Translations under genes and position numbers: made by a program
Notes under the pieces: generated by a model
The model's database searches: none
The model's input: only the letters and a program-made list of their open reading frames with translations
Told to the model about the DNA's origin: nothing
In this document: piece by piece, positions 25,872 to 38,986 of the stretch
Layout of the letters: each line of letters opens with the position of its first letter
Numbering within the stretch: the stretch's first letter is position 1
Source: Ramazzottius varieornatus
Lineage: Eukaryota; Animalia; Tardigrada
Length of the DNA stretch: 64,000 nucleotides
Assembly: GCA_001949185.1 (NCBI GenBank)
Contig: BDGG01000006.1
Location: 1 to 64,000 of the forward strand
Reading direction: 5' to 3'

Positions 25872-26455
25872 CGTTTATCCACCTTGAAACTTAGAACTGC
25901 GCAGACAACAGGGCCGAAGACCCACGTGATGAGTGTCCGGGTTCTTCGTACTGTTGGAGGTGGCGCACTTCTCGATCAAGTCTGGTTGCGCCAGTAGTGG
26001 GCTTGTGCCTGGCGGCTCTTGTGACATTCAGCAACCCAAGTTGTGGAATGTCAAGCTATCGAGCCATGGCGGCAGCAAAGCGATTATCTAAGTGTCGCAC
26101 GTTGTCCAAATCTCTTTTGTCAAGATGGGTGCAGTCATCGACGATGACTCGTTCCGAAACTTTTCCATGCAGCGAGCTTCTACAGCGCTGTGCAGCTAGT
26201 GCTAGCGCCTGCAGTCAGCAAACACTGAAACTCGTTCGTTCACGATGTGCTGCACTTTCTGCTAAGTTTTGTCTGTTTTTATTTGAACGAACGGGTACGA
26301 CAGATCCCTAACGAGAGATCCCTAACCCGGAAATACTGTCATTTCTCCAGATTCGTCGCACTCTTTATACCGCCGTTGTTCTTCTGTGGTTGGCTACGGC
26401 TGGTGATTCACCACAGTTGATTGTCTGGCTTGATTGGTTTCCCTTACTTCTTTAG

Positions 26456-27817
26456 ATGTTAAATTCGGCCAGTTTCACAATGACTCCGCAGGGCTTTGCG
26501 ACATCATCATCAGCAACAGGTGGACAAAATGCTTCATTTATCCCTGTCTACATTCAACAACCCAATGCCGGACAAGGACAGCCTATTATTAAGCAGGAGC
26601 CGGGAACGATGACGTTTCAGTTTAATCCCCAACAACTCCAGCAACTTCAACAACAGCAACAGCAGCAGCAACAGCAGCAGCTGCAACAAGGGGGCCAAAG
26701 AGTGGCCTACGTTGTCGATCCCAGCCAGTATCACCCCAACAGAATGAATTCCGTCTCTCCTGTTAGCAGTTATCACGGGGCCTCGGGACAGTCGGCAAGT
26801 CCGACGAAACGTTCGGGCGGAAGACGACCAAACAAGGACGAACGCGTAAGTGGTGATGCGATCATGTACCTGTTGAAGTATGTGGTGGTTGGCTGATTGT
26901 TGATTAGGTGGGGTATGTGCTTATTCGTTTAGCTGTCACAAGAAGAAGAAGATCGTAGGAGGGTTCGAAGGGAGAGGAATAAGCAAGCAGCTGCGCGTTG
27001 CAGGAAGCGACGGATGGACCAAACCTCTACCCTAACCGAGGTATACTCTTTCGAAGGGGAGCTTTCTAGGGGAACACGATCACATTTGCTGTTGGTCTGT
27101 TTGGGCGATAAGACTGTATCGTTATTTATGTGCTGTAGGAGACGGAAATGCTGGAAGAGCAGCAAAACAAGCTACGCGGGGAGATTGAGGCTTTACAACA
27201 AGAGAAAACGGAGATTGAGCTTTTGCTGCAAGCCCATCGTACTTGCTGTACCAAGGGTATTCCAGCGGCCATGATGTCGCGCGACGTTTCATTCTCTCCT
27301 CCACAGGTGCCCGTCGAACAGCCCAGAGCGCCATCCGTTGAAACAACCAGTATGCAGCCTCCACCACCACCACCAGCCATCTCTCTTCCTCCTGCCAGCG
27401 TCAGCCACTTTGATGTGGCCACCAAGGCCGAAGCAAAGCGCGGACAAGCAGCAGGACGGCCCGTTAGCCTTCCTGTCAGGACGGAGCTGACGCAGCTGGA
27501 CCTCAGCAATAACCTAGCCATGCCCACGCCGTCACCCTCAAAGCTGGTCTTTAACTTTGACCATAGCGGACTGACGCCCACTGGTCAGTACAATGTGCAG
27601 TCGTGCCTGATACTTGTCGATACGTATCAATGTTTCATTTCTTTGAAGAATGTTGTGAGAAGTCTCCAGGCCTATTGTTGTCTTTGTAGGCTTGACACCA
27701 ACTGGTCTGACACCGTTAATTCCCTCCATCTCGGCAGATGCCACTGACAAGAACGCCACACCACAGCGCCAACCCACTGCCGATGGCGTTTCGCCCAACA
27801 ATCTGGTTTCTCTATGA
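26456..27817 (+). CDS. fos: Fos-family bZIP transcription factor (kayak-like); 4 coding exons seen, an upstream exon is possible
   Basis: Basic region [23 protein letters not shown], zipper [45 protein letters not shown] repeats, C-terminal NLVSL* typical of Fos, N-terminal polyQ tract. Confidence 0.9.
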
Positions 27818-28528
27818 TCGACAATGGCCTTTTCTCAGTGTACGATGATACTGTTGGGACTAGAGACCAAACTGACGCTATAACTTGGTATACAAGATAT
27901 CGAATTCTGTCTGCTGAGTCTTCCCTAGTTGTTCTCTTCGAGGTCGATCATAATATGCACAGGTTTTCGGTTTTTTTCTCAACGCCAGTCCATAGGTCTG
28001 CAGAATTTGATTTTGTCCTGATTGAACTCTTCGGTGACAGAAGGAATTAAACTTGGTTTTTCTTGCCCTCTGCAGACCGCGTGTTTCGTTCCACAAGAAA
28101 TCTGCAAGTGGGCAAAGCTACTGATCCTTAGAACGAGTGCTTTTGTGACTGCAGAGAACTACCGTGGGAATTGTAGAAACAGATACAAAGCTTTGTGACA
28201 GGATAGACTAATCAAACCGGAGAACAGAAGTCAACCAAGGTGAAAGTTAAGGCAGCCTAAGACGCGAAGTGGCCGCGCTAGTCAAGGAAAAAACAATGTC
28301 AGAAGGGACTTCGTGTATCGCACTGCGTCAGCCCGAAAGACCAACCGGACATTCACACGCTAATTCTGCTAACTACAACGAGGCACCAGAGAGGACGCCC
28401 TCCAAATCTTGCTGTACAAACAACTTCTGCTGTACAAAAAAAACGTTCAGCTCGATCAAGGAAGGCAGAGGACTGATAGACTTTGGCTACCAAACTTATA
28501 GGGCTATACTTCCGCCGAGGGTCCATTG

Positions 28529-30995
28529 TCATTTGGGCTCGATAATTATTTGGTCCCCATCGGCCATATGATACGAGTGGAGAGCCCGAGTAGAATATTT
28601 GAGCTCTTCATGACCTTGATAGGTCTCCATCTCGGCGTCGACATAGAAGAGGCGGTACCTGCACACGAAAGGACAGAAGCTTGAATGGATTGCAATTTAT
28701 GAACTGCTGAAAGGAGGAAAGCGACGCACTTGCTGGGTGACAATCCGCTGATGGACTGAAGGTTCTTCTTCAGTTGGCCCACCGACTGGCGAATATTCAA
28801 GCGATAGGGGCGCTTGCTAAAGGTAGGTCCACTGAGCATAATATCCACCATGGCTGGTGCCCCCAAGTCCACTTCTTTCAGCGGTGTTAACAGCCCGTGC
28901 TTGGCCTGCAGATCAGCATAACGCCGCGGTGCGGGGTCATGGCCGTGAAAGTGGCGTAGAAAGGCCCGTTCGGCATCCATTCGTTCCAGCGAATCGATGG
29001 ACGTTCCATTCAGCACGTCCACTCGCGGTAAACGCGCTATCACATGTTGTCTCGGCGTCATACTACAAAGAAAGAATACATACAGCATCACTTCCAGCCA
29101 CATGGTGGGCCTTTGTCATTGCGGTTTGAGATTTGAGGCAAACCAGTCCTTTCTGCAGACTTGAGGCTATTTTATGATGTGTAATCTTTAAGTAGTTTAA
29201 AGAGACTGGCTAAGCTCAGCCATACTGTAGTATGGAGGACTTGGAAGGGCTTCCGGGTACAGTATGCGGCTGGTCGGCATCCCACAGTTTGGTCCCCAAG
29301 AGCCGCAAGTCGCGCAGCCGCGGAATGCAATGCAGCTTGTCCAGTGCTTCCCAGCCTTCCACTTCGATCTGGTTGACATGCAGCTTCCTCAACACTGAGA
29401 AGCTGACAACTAGCTCCTCGTCGTCTGCCTCCTGTTAAAACCATCAGACGCTATGAGCAACCGTATGTCTCGCAGATGATATTTTGAGTATGGGTAAAGG
29501 AAAGAATACCCCAAGGTCGCGTAGCGGATTTTGACTGGCGAAGAGTGTCTGCAGCGCAGGGAACATTTGCCCAATGGCCATTAAGGACTGCCACGAGACC
29601 AGCTGGTTACTGTCGATATGCAGCTCGCGGACTGTGAAGGTGGACTCGGCGGGTCGGGGAGACGTTAAGGTTGATGTTAACGTCGAGTAAGCATTGAGGC
29701 TCAAATGCAGTTCCTCCACTCTGTGCAATAATGACACCCACTCAAACCGATACAGACAGACCATTGGTTCTTCTTACTAGCTTGTCCTACGACGGCGGGC
29801 CGGGATACTATGGCCGCCCTGACGCCGTCGCCTGATATGGCTACTAAGTATAAACTAATGGATATCATATAATTATAATGGGTACCCGATGAGGATATGG
29901 AGGAGAGCGACGACGACGTGCCAGTCAATTTCTGTCCCATTGAGAATCAACCGTTTAATCTGCCTATTACTCCATCCTCCATGACTCCACTCCACTGTCC
30001 GTAGGTCTTCGGGTCGGATCTCCTTCAGAGGATTGAAGCTGAGGTTCAGCGACTCCAGTGAGGGTATACTCCGCACCAAGGGCGCTACCTGCAAAAACCC
30101 CAACACAGACATGATCAGCATGCGGAGGCAATATCAATCCGCACCTTTCGCGGCGGAAAACGTGTCTTGTTAGTTGTCACCTCGTGCCATTTGCTGAGCT
30201 GGTTGAAGGACAAGTCAATTTCCGTCAGGTGCCGGCACCACTCGGACAATTGCTCGTAGGGTTCCACGCGGTTGATACGAAAGTTCTGCAAGACGACGTA
30301 GGGCGGGTACATGAAGTTGCGGCGCTTTTCTGTAACAACAGCACGGACCAGCCATGTAAAAAGGCAGCATAATGTAAGGAGCGGAAAAAAGAAACTTCCG
30401 GTCCGTCTTGAGACGAAGCCCTTATCGTTGAATGTCAATCGCACCATGACCTACAAGACACTTTTTGCGTAACAGCCTCTTCCCAAGTAATTACACATTA
30501 TGGAGGCGCTGCCATCTTGGTCGCTAAAACATTTGCTCACTTCGCACCCAAAGACAACAGACGCCCCTTATGCAACGCACTGCGGGCAATTTCCGGCCAC
30601 AAAACGTCGCCGCAGTGGCAGCCCAATTTAGTCAGCGTGAGCCTCTCAAGTGGCGCAATTACACAGTGCAAACTGCAAAGCACCCATCAAATGCACCAGC
30701 GCAAGGAATTTGTCTATTGCTACCCAGGTGAAGTGGCGCACATAGACGGAACTTGTGCATTCTTCAAAACTGACTCGATATCCTACATAATTATAAAGAC
30801 AACAAACTGCACAGCTTAAAACGATATTTTGTAAAACCAACCTGGTGTCGCAGGGGCATTTTCCTTCTCTTGACGCTGGCGTTCTTGACAGATGAGATTA
30901 CCAAACAAGACACGATAATCTTCGTCCGAGTACTTTTGTTGCAGGGCCGTCAAGAAAGATGTGGCTTCGTCGTTGTGGCCCGTTGCTCCTTCCAT
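28529..30995 (-). CDS. TBCEL: Tubulin-specific chaperone cofactor E-like (LRR + C-terminal ubiquitin-like domain)
   Basis: N-terminus SFLTALQQKYS with no CAP-Gly domain. LRRs LTEIDLSFNQLSKWHEV, LESLNLSFNPL, VEELHLSLN. VIARLPRVDVLNG..RMDAERAFLR. UBL ending LHSYHMADGDQIIIEPK*. Confidence 0.9.
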
Positions 30996-32415
30996 CTTCC
31001 CAGATTACAATAGTTTGGACAGTCCATACGCCTCCGGGGCTAACAGCAGAGTTCTCGAGGGATATTTATCAGTGGTAATCCGTATCCTGTACCAAGACGG
31101 CTTGTCTTCACGCCAGTTCCCTTCCTGAAGCCAGAAACAGAGTTTGAGTTTAGCTACATGATGACGGCAGTAAGTTATGCAAGCGACAACTAGCAGTCGT
31201 CGCTCATAACGAGGGCATGAACATGCTAAGAAGAACATTACATATGCGGGCTGGAAAGAAGGCAGGAAGCAAAGCACAAGAATCGCTCGATATCGAAAGC
31301 GGCCAAACAGCAACAATCAGCTGCGCAGTGCTCGCTCGTTTGCCCAGAACCAACACAAATGCCAGCACGTGGTGGGAGCGGTCGTACTTGTGACGTCAAA
31401 GTTTGGTCAGAAGACCACCTAGAGAGCGTAACAATGATGGCAAAAGCTGTGCCGCGAAACGTCATTGCGGCAGCTAGCAAAACTCCAGCCGAAAGTGACA
31501 TGGCCTTCAACGCATCCTTCTGTGCAAGGGCGTATTGAGTCGCCTAAGAGGTTTTCAATTTGGCCCTTCTTCTACGATATCGCCTGTCAGACCCGTGCCT
31601 GGCACAATCCGGGCTGACATTCCAAAAAACTTCGTAGAAAAAGGGTCAAATTGCGAACCTCTTAGGGACCTCGATATGTCTTGCTTCTGTGCATTTTATA
31701 AGCAGTTTAGGCTTGTCTTTATGAGGAGCCCATGTGTCACGGCAAATGAGACAAGGCGAATTCTGGATGTTCGACAATGAAGTTTGAAATGGCCGCATGG
31801 GGAACATTATAGGTGAGCTCCCTCGATCGAGCGTTTAGCCACCAGAAGGACCCAGTCCCTCCTATGGAATAAAGGTCAAAGGGGTTCTCCAATTTTTTCC
31901 AACGGAGCTGGACCTCGAAGGAACTGTGGACGGAGAGATAAGGCTCACTGGAGTCTAAACTCGTGTGATCAAACACAGAACTTCCACTATGTCATCTCAG
32001 TCCATGACGTCACACAGTATCCATGTTGCGCTGCATCGTACGTCGTGGTTATTCAACAGAAGCAGCGACATTTCAATGAGTGAATGTTGTGTGTTGTTAT
32101 TGGCTTATGATTTATGAACATTTCCGTTCAGTTGATGAATGAGAAAAATTCCATTCACTCATTCACTGACAACTCCTGCTGGTAAAGCCTGACCATCGTT
32201 GTCTTGCTTCCATTCCATCGAGCTTGATCCATATCACTTGGACCGTCACGTCCAGCCTCCATACGTTGTATTCTCATCGCATGTCCAGTTTGAGAATATA
32301 TATAGGTATCCGCCGATCTTTGTGGACTCCACTGCGACGCACGAATTAATCGATTCAAGATCGACGGGACCATTTTTGCTCCTGATCACTTTGCACCAGC
32401 TCGTTAAGATTGAGA

Positions 32416-33472
32416 ATGGTATGCACAGTATGCCTTAGTTGTTTGATTGCCTCATAGAGTTGTTCGGCTGGATTGTGAGTATTAGAGCACCGTGGCTTGA
32501 TTAGAGCCGTGGTTGGGGGTGGTGACACGGCCCTGCCGTCTCAGAGAAACAGCCGGCACTATACTGACCCATCCGATTCTCAGCTCGCATTCTTCCACTT
32601 CCGCGTTCTCACTGATGATTTTATCTATTATATATTCTGCTCTTTACGAAGTTGACTTTCTTTGCAGTCCCTCGACTTGAAGATTTGTCGCATAGAGCCC
32701 GATCTACAGGTAAGAAAGGACTAGACTAATTGTCAGGTGGTTTGTGGTTTCGAGAAAATCGGTCCTACACTTGGTTTATGCTGCAGGAAAAACTGAAACG
32801 ATTTCGGTTTCGGAAAGCCAAGAACAACGCGGCTTTGATAAGTGAGTTTTATTCTGGTTTACACACAGGATACCGCTCAGGTGGCAGCTAACGGTTTCGT
32901 TCTGTAGTGAAGATCTCCAAAGAGAAGGATTTGATTGAGCTAGAAGAAGAGCTGGAGAACTGTGACCCGCAAGACATTCAAAACGCTTTGCCCGAACGGA
33001 ACCCGCGGTAGGTTCTTCTGACTTGTTGTGGCCGTTGGGTCTTAATACGGGCGAAGGAGGTTGAGTCGAAATGGTAAAGCATCTCTGACTGTTCGAAGGT
33101 ACTTCCTCTACAGTTTCAAGCGTGAACACTCCGACGGCAGAATTTCCTATCCAATGTGCTTCGTCTTCAGTTCGCCACTGGGTAACCCGTCTACAGTATA
33201 TAGTTTAATCTTTCACTAGGCCCTCGTCATGGCATACCATCTTTCTGTACTTGTAGATTGTAAGCCGGAGCTAAATATGATCTACGCTGGCTCGAAGACG
33301 TCGCTCATCAACGAAATGGGACTGACCAAGGTATGTACTCGGTAGGCACAGTGCTAAGTTATACAGCTTCAACTGACCCTTCGGAGAATTTTGTTTGCTG
33401 CAGACGTTTGAACTTCGCGAGGTACAGGACTTTACTGACGACTGGCTGGCCGAACAGCTGGCTCGCCACTGA
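32416..33472 (+). CDS. GMF: Glia maturation factor (ADF-H domain, Arp2/3 debranching factor)
   Basis: ATG-only first exon (32416-32418, donor gtatgc). Exons give [73 protein letters not shown] at 33470-33472. Confidence 0.93.
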
Positions 33473-34141
33473 CCGCTTAGGCGGTCGAGTATTACGGCCC
33501 CTAATCCAGCATTCTCTCTTTGGTTCTGTCCAGCGACGCTGTCCTTTCTAGCGCTGTTTCGGATGTCTTTCCTTTTTTATGAAAACCGCCGATTTTTTTT
33601 CCCCGCAGGTTGATTTCTGACCTTGATTTGTGTTTGATTTTGCCCTGAAGAATTCAGTGACATTCCACTTTTTTTACTCGTTGAATTTTCCCGTTAAATG
33701 CTCTGTGTCGTGAAAACCGTTGATCACTGCGCCCTAAACCACCCGATTACTGTAGGTCCAAATGCTGTAAGTATGTGGCTGTACGACCCATAGGGTATGT
33801 CTTTCATTCGCCAAATATAACGGTTTTGTCCTCTTACAGTACTGTGAGGACAGTGAGGAATCTCAATCACGGAAGTAGTCAGTTGAGGGCAATATTGTGA
33901 TTCACACGTTCACAGAAGGCGTTTATTTATCAGACATTGTCCGAAGCATTTCAGAGGAGAAAAGAAACCACCAAGAGCTCACACGAAGGAAGAATGTGTA
34001 ACCGGGAGATTCGACTGAAATACTTATTGATGTATTGAAGATTTGTTTTGAGTAGATGTAAATTGATTCAGTTTCCAACAGCACAAAAGATACCAAGGAC
34101 CGTTGAACAGAAAACGAGGGCAGGCTGTGAAGCGAGGGAGT

Positions 34142-36041
34142 CTATGCGGCAGTTTCCAAATGTCGCGTCTTGGTTTCAAACTGCGATATTGGCGTGCGTT
34201 CTTGGATGGTAACGGTGGTTGTCCCGGAAGGAGGAAACGGCTCCCCGCGTTTACCGGCTTTCTGACCCGGTATCAGCGTCACACCACGAAAGGCGCTGCC
34301 ACCTCCTGGCCGATCCACCGTATCTTGAATGGCTCTTCTGCTCCGCATCACCGTGATGATAAACAAGGCCAACCATGCTAATACTGCGAGCCAATAGCAT
34401 ACCTAAACAGAAGAATAGCGAAGTGCTCAACATCTGGGTTGACGAATAATGATCAGCTCTTGTCGTTCGTGTTCGTCACCGACGAGCAGTTGAAGAACCC
34501 GTCAATCAAACTGTCGTTGAACTAGAGGACAGATTCGTCTCTGGCACCACTCGAGCACTATGCAGTCGAGTCAGAACTTTGCTTTTAGAGCCGAACCGTA
34601 GTCTCGCTCGTAAATCGGGGAATTTGACTGGTACAACGTACTTCGGTGGCTTGGAGGTCGTAGTAGGGGTCGTACCCACGGAAGAGACCCGGCAGGCCAG
34701 GCTGGCCAGAAGTACATCTACAGATTAAGAACAAAATGGACTTGTTCATCAGCACATTGGTCTGTGCATACAGTCAAAGCCATCTGTAATGCTTTCACAG
34801 TGCAAAATGTGTAAACTACACTGCCACAGTATCGCGGTGTGCGACAAGCTGTACACATGTATCAAGCAGATGGTACCCACGTTAGGGGACGGCCAAAGAA
34901 CTGCTGCATTAGAACACGGTTGGACTGGCAGAAATAGTACAGTCCGCCGCTTGTCAAGCCTGCAAAAGAAAAATTGAACATTGTCCGTGGGAAACAGCAA
35001 GAACCCAAGAGGTCGCGGTCTAGTGAAGCACATGCTAAACTCGGCGGCAACCGATTTCTCCTCCAACTATAACACAAACCTGCTCCGATCAGGGTTAAGA
35101 TGAGGCCCAGCAGCGTCAGCAAGATGAGCGCCGTCGAATTTGTCCTTGTTCTACAAAATGAAGTCCTCCGTTATCGTACTTCCGGAATTTAACTGAATAA
35201 ATGACGGGAATGGCCGCTACTGTCGCCGGATGACTGATAGACACTCCTTACCCCAGTTCAGGATGACGCACAGCTTGTGATACCAATGCTGCATGGTAGA
35301 TAAACTAAAACAAAGATGACGCGTGAATCCAGTAGAGTGGTTCCAACTGTCCATTCTGTTTTACCAAAATTATCCCCAAACAAATGGAGATGATGACAGG
35401 CATATAGGTGACGTAGTTGCAACGCTGCATATCGCCGTACATAGGTCCATAGTTGGTAAAGTCGGAAAATAGTGGGCATCCATTGAGACGGCTCTGAAGC
35501 GAAAGAGAACAATGTAAAGTGATCTTCTCGCCAAATTATTTCACGGCTATATTCAGGAACGTCAAAAGGCAGTGCTGCGTCAGCTGGTCATTCGACGTTA
35601 CAGATAATACCCAGATTCCATCAGTCATGAATTGCACATCGATTGATATCGATGGTATAGCACTGATGTCCTTTCAAAACATGTTAAAGTTATACAAACT
35701 AAACAGCTTTTTGGGGGCGTTTGCCTTAAAATTCGGAAAACTGACAAGAAAACCACTGGCTCATAATACATGGCAATTAAGGATATGTCACGGTCGATTC
35801 TAGTACGACCTTGAGCAAAAACCCCTCAGTCGTATGAGTGCGGTTTGAACAAGACCATTCGCCAATATCCCTTCCTGGTCGTCGCTAAACAACTTTTGGT
35901 AACAAACTCAGTTATCCGTGCGGGAAATTGACTTACGACTGCAAGGCCAATGCCGATGGCTTGTGGAAAGCCCAGGATGACGATAATCAACCATAAGATC
36001 ATGGATGCCACCAACAATTTAGCTTCCGAACTAAGCGCCAT
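34142..36041 (-). CDS. TMEM179-like four-transmembrane protein (8 exons)
   Basis: Phase-consistent reconstruction: MALSSEAKLLVASMILWL..|SRLNGCPLFS..GDMQRCNY..|..GLTSGGLYYFC..C..|..CYWLAVLAWLALF. The Cys/Gly/Trp pattern matches TMEM179 (G.C.LF, G....C.F/Y, G...W/FC, LAWLA). Confidence 0.75.
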
Positions 36042-37589
36042 GCTAATGACTGAACAACTCTGTCAGGTCCTTGAAACTATTGCCAAATACCCGCAATACC
36101 TTTGGCTGCTTTGCGGCTGAAGGACTCTGAAGAAAGGAAAAGGAACGTCAAGAGGACGTCATGGTACAGAAATGTTACAAGTAGACTTTGCCCAAGACAT
36201 CAGCAGAAAAGGTGTACTACGGCAAACCGTGTTATTCATTTCATCAGGTCGACATGTGCGCTACTGCAGCAGCTAAGCATTTTGAAAAATGCAACGTGAG
36301 CAGACAAGTGCAATTGTACTATGGTAGATGCTGGATTCGCAGGTGCAGTTGTATAGTATCTGAGGCACGAGTACGAGGTCAAAATGGCATTGAAAGTAAA
36401 ACATGGATGTGGCTTGCTTGTGCCGTACATCTGCAGCATCGGAAATTAAGTAAGACGCGGCAAGTTCAGACCGGTTTACGGCGCAACTACCGTACAATAC
36501 AGTGGGGATCAAGGTAAACCGCAGCCAGTGTGGTGTAACGTGTAACGTGTAACGATCGAACCATAAGCTCGAGGACATTCACATCCTCCGCGCCGCCATA
36601 CAGTACCTGTGCAGTCTAAAGTTGGAAGGTACATACGTGGCTATTGTCCAACTATACAATCGATAAAAGTGACTTTCCCCTATGCGCATGGTCTAACACT
36701 ATACCTGCGCTCCGTCGGAAAAGGTGTTTGCTTTCTAACCCAGAGCAAGTCATATAACTCCTGTTAATACTTACACACATACGAAGAAACGTACGTGTCT
36801 ATTATAGCGCACATGACCCCCAGAGTTCTGACATACTTGTTGCCAATTGGTCAATCCGTAGTAACGATGCATCGTGTCAAAATCTCAAGAAAAACCAGTT
36901 CAGTACCTGCCATAGTACACGCTGGTCTACAAATAGCCGTGGAAAAAGAGCAAAAACATCGGACAGGTCATTTAACTTTGAATTCCTCTCTGAGCTCATA
37001 TTGCTTTTTGATCGGTTGAGGTTTGCCCAGTAAAGTCGACGGAAGATTTAGCTCAAAGTGTTGATACTCTCAGCCAACATAGATAAAACTACTCAAGACT
37101 CTGGTGGCGCCGTCACAGAAACCGAGAGACCTCGTCACCGCCTATAGCCCGTCTTATGTGTGAAACGGGAATGCGCAACATTACTGCTGGTCAAAGGTGT
37201 TACGTCAGGAGAAAAGTGTTGGGTTGCGAGACGGGGTCGGGCAGGATTGCAGTATCGTTCTGACTTGACGGTCAGCTGAACCCCGGAAGGAACCCCAAAG
37301 CTGGATGGTGAAGGACAAAAGATTTTTTCAGCATTGCTAATGTGATTCGTTGTTGATTCGGACAGGCAATATTATCTGAGCATTGCCGGAAGTAGGATTT
37401 GCAGAATGGTCAGAATGTTATCCGACTGAGTTTGTAGTTTGATTCTCGCTTATCGTTGATTGTTACGGCATTCACGCAGTTAGCATTGCCTTTACATTCC
37501 TGTCCGTGGTTTTAAGCGGCGGAAACTTGATTTAGTAGCCACAAGCCTGTCAATAGTAATTATTTATGAAAATCTGGAAAATAATTCGG

Positions 37590-37640
37590 ATCTACTTAAT
37601 TTTGTCTCGCCAACAGCAGGCGAGACAAAATTAAGTAGAT
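37590..37640. repeat. Perfect hairpin, 22-bp arms with 7-nt loop
   Basis: atctacttaattttgtctcgcc-aacagca-ggcgagacaaaattaagtagat. Confidence 0.9.
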
Positions 37641-38139
37641 AACAATTACAAACAACAAAAGCTCCAGAAAAGGAGCGAATAAGATTAGCATGAAAAACAA
37701 CAGGTTCTTTAAAGTGCCAATGAAATAGGACAAGACTGGTCCGGGTCCGCGTAGAGAATCCCCCCGGTACATACCGTTTTGGCTGTTATGTGTCATGTCA
37801 TAGCGATCAGCCGATCGACACACACGTCGATCAGATATCTCACCCACCATCCGCGCGGTCTTTTTACACGCAACCGGACCCAAACCTGTCTCGCATCATT
37901 GGCACTTCAAAGTAATCGGTCACCAAGACCGCAAAGACGGTTCAAATTATTTAAACCGAGGAAACTGCAAAGATGACGAGGAATCTTGAGTCAAGAGCTC
38001 AAGTGATAACAGGTTCAAAAGAGGTAAGATAGTTCAAACGAAATAAAAACAAATTTGGCTGAATTCCGGCTTGATCTTTGGTTCAGTCTGTACTGGTTTC
38101 CGGTTCAGGATCTCTCAAACTTTTCTTTAGGTACCAATT

Positions 38140-38943
38140 CCTATCTTTCCACGCTGGAGTACGTCCGGACGAATGCTATGGCCTTTGCTCGACTGCCGCT
38201 CCTGCGTGCTTCTGCCTTGATGAGGAACTTCTTGGTTTTTTCGCTGGTAGACGGAGTTCGTCGTTTTAGCATTCTTCGCCTTCCAGAGGTGGGACATCAT
38301 CTTCGTCCAACGCCGTGGCTTCTGCCTCGGAGCAGTTCTCCAGGTGCTTGACCGGAAGAGTCTTCGGGCAGTTCTGGGTGACCCTTCCGCTGCTGGCCGG
38401 TCATGAGGTTCGTCATGGCTGTATTGACGTAGTTGACGCAGTCTTTCTTGGGAATAGTTCCCCGGTCCATGAGGAACTCGTCTTCCACGAAGACTGGAAA
38501 ACGAACAGCAAGGTGAGAGATTGTAGGGCTTTCATTGTCTACCAGGAAGAGAAAGGCCTTGGTGAAAGACAATGGCCAGCAGATGGGAAGTCATCCGAGA
38601 GTGACGCACCTACCTACCAGCCATCCACTTCCGGTCGGGCCAACTCGACCCACTTCCCATCTGCTGGCCGTTGTCTTTCACCAAGGCATTTCTCTCCGTT
38701 TCTTACCTTCAACATCGTGTCGATGAGTTGGGTCCAGTGCAGGTTGATCAGCTGGGATGACCACCTCGTCAACCGACTGTCCCAGAGGAATAACTTCCAG
38801 ATCAGGCGTGACACGCTGGCGTCGAACGCTCTCAGCATCTCGTAGTCCTTTCTCAGCCGCTCTCTTCAGCCTCTTCCTCACAGTATCTGGTTTCGGATCA
38901 TCAACACGGTGAATCTTTTGGGTGTCATCTTCGTACAGATAAT
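38140..38943 (-). pseudogene. Two-exon fragment of unknown, possibly transposon-accessory, protein; frameshifted
   Basis: Strong acceptor at 38944 and a GT-AG intron at 38539-38706 join ..THRHDVE|DNESPT..KDCVNYVNTAMTNLMTGQQRKG in phase. The downstream part seems to continue in another frame. Confidence 0.45.
38548..38695. repeat. 44-bp inverted repeat (2 mismatches) filling an intron
   Basis: Arms at 38548-38591 and 38652-38695 with a 60-nt spacer. Confidence 0.9.
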
Positions 38944-38986
38944 CTGAGGAAGAAAAAAAAGCAGTTTAAAAACGAAGGTAATTCAC

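Noticed and set aside
31500-32400. Short ORFs between TBCEL and GMF (e.g. 31737-31976, 32199-32438)
   Set aside because: They could not be linked into a phase-consistent gene or assigned to a family. They may be UTR or TE relics.
36533-36554. (TGTAACG)x3 tandem repeat
   Set aside because: Too short to interpret; simple slippage is a sufficient explanation.
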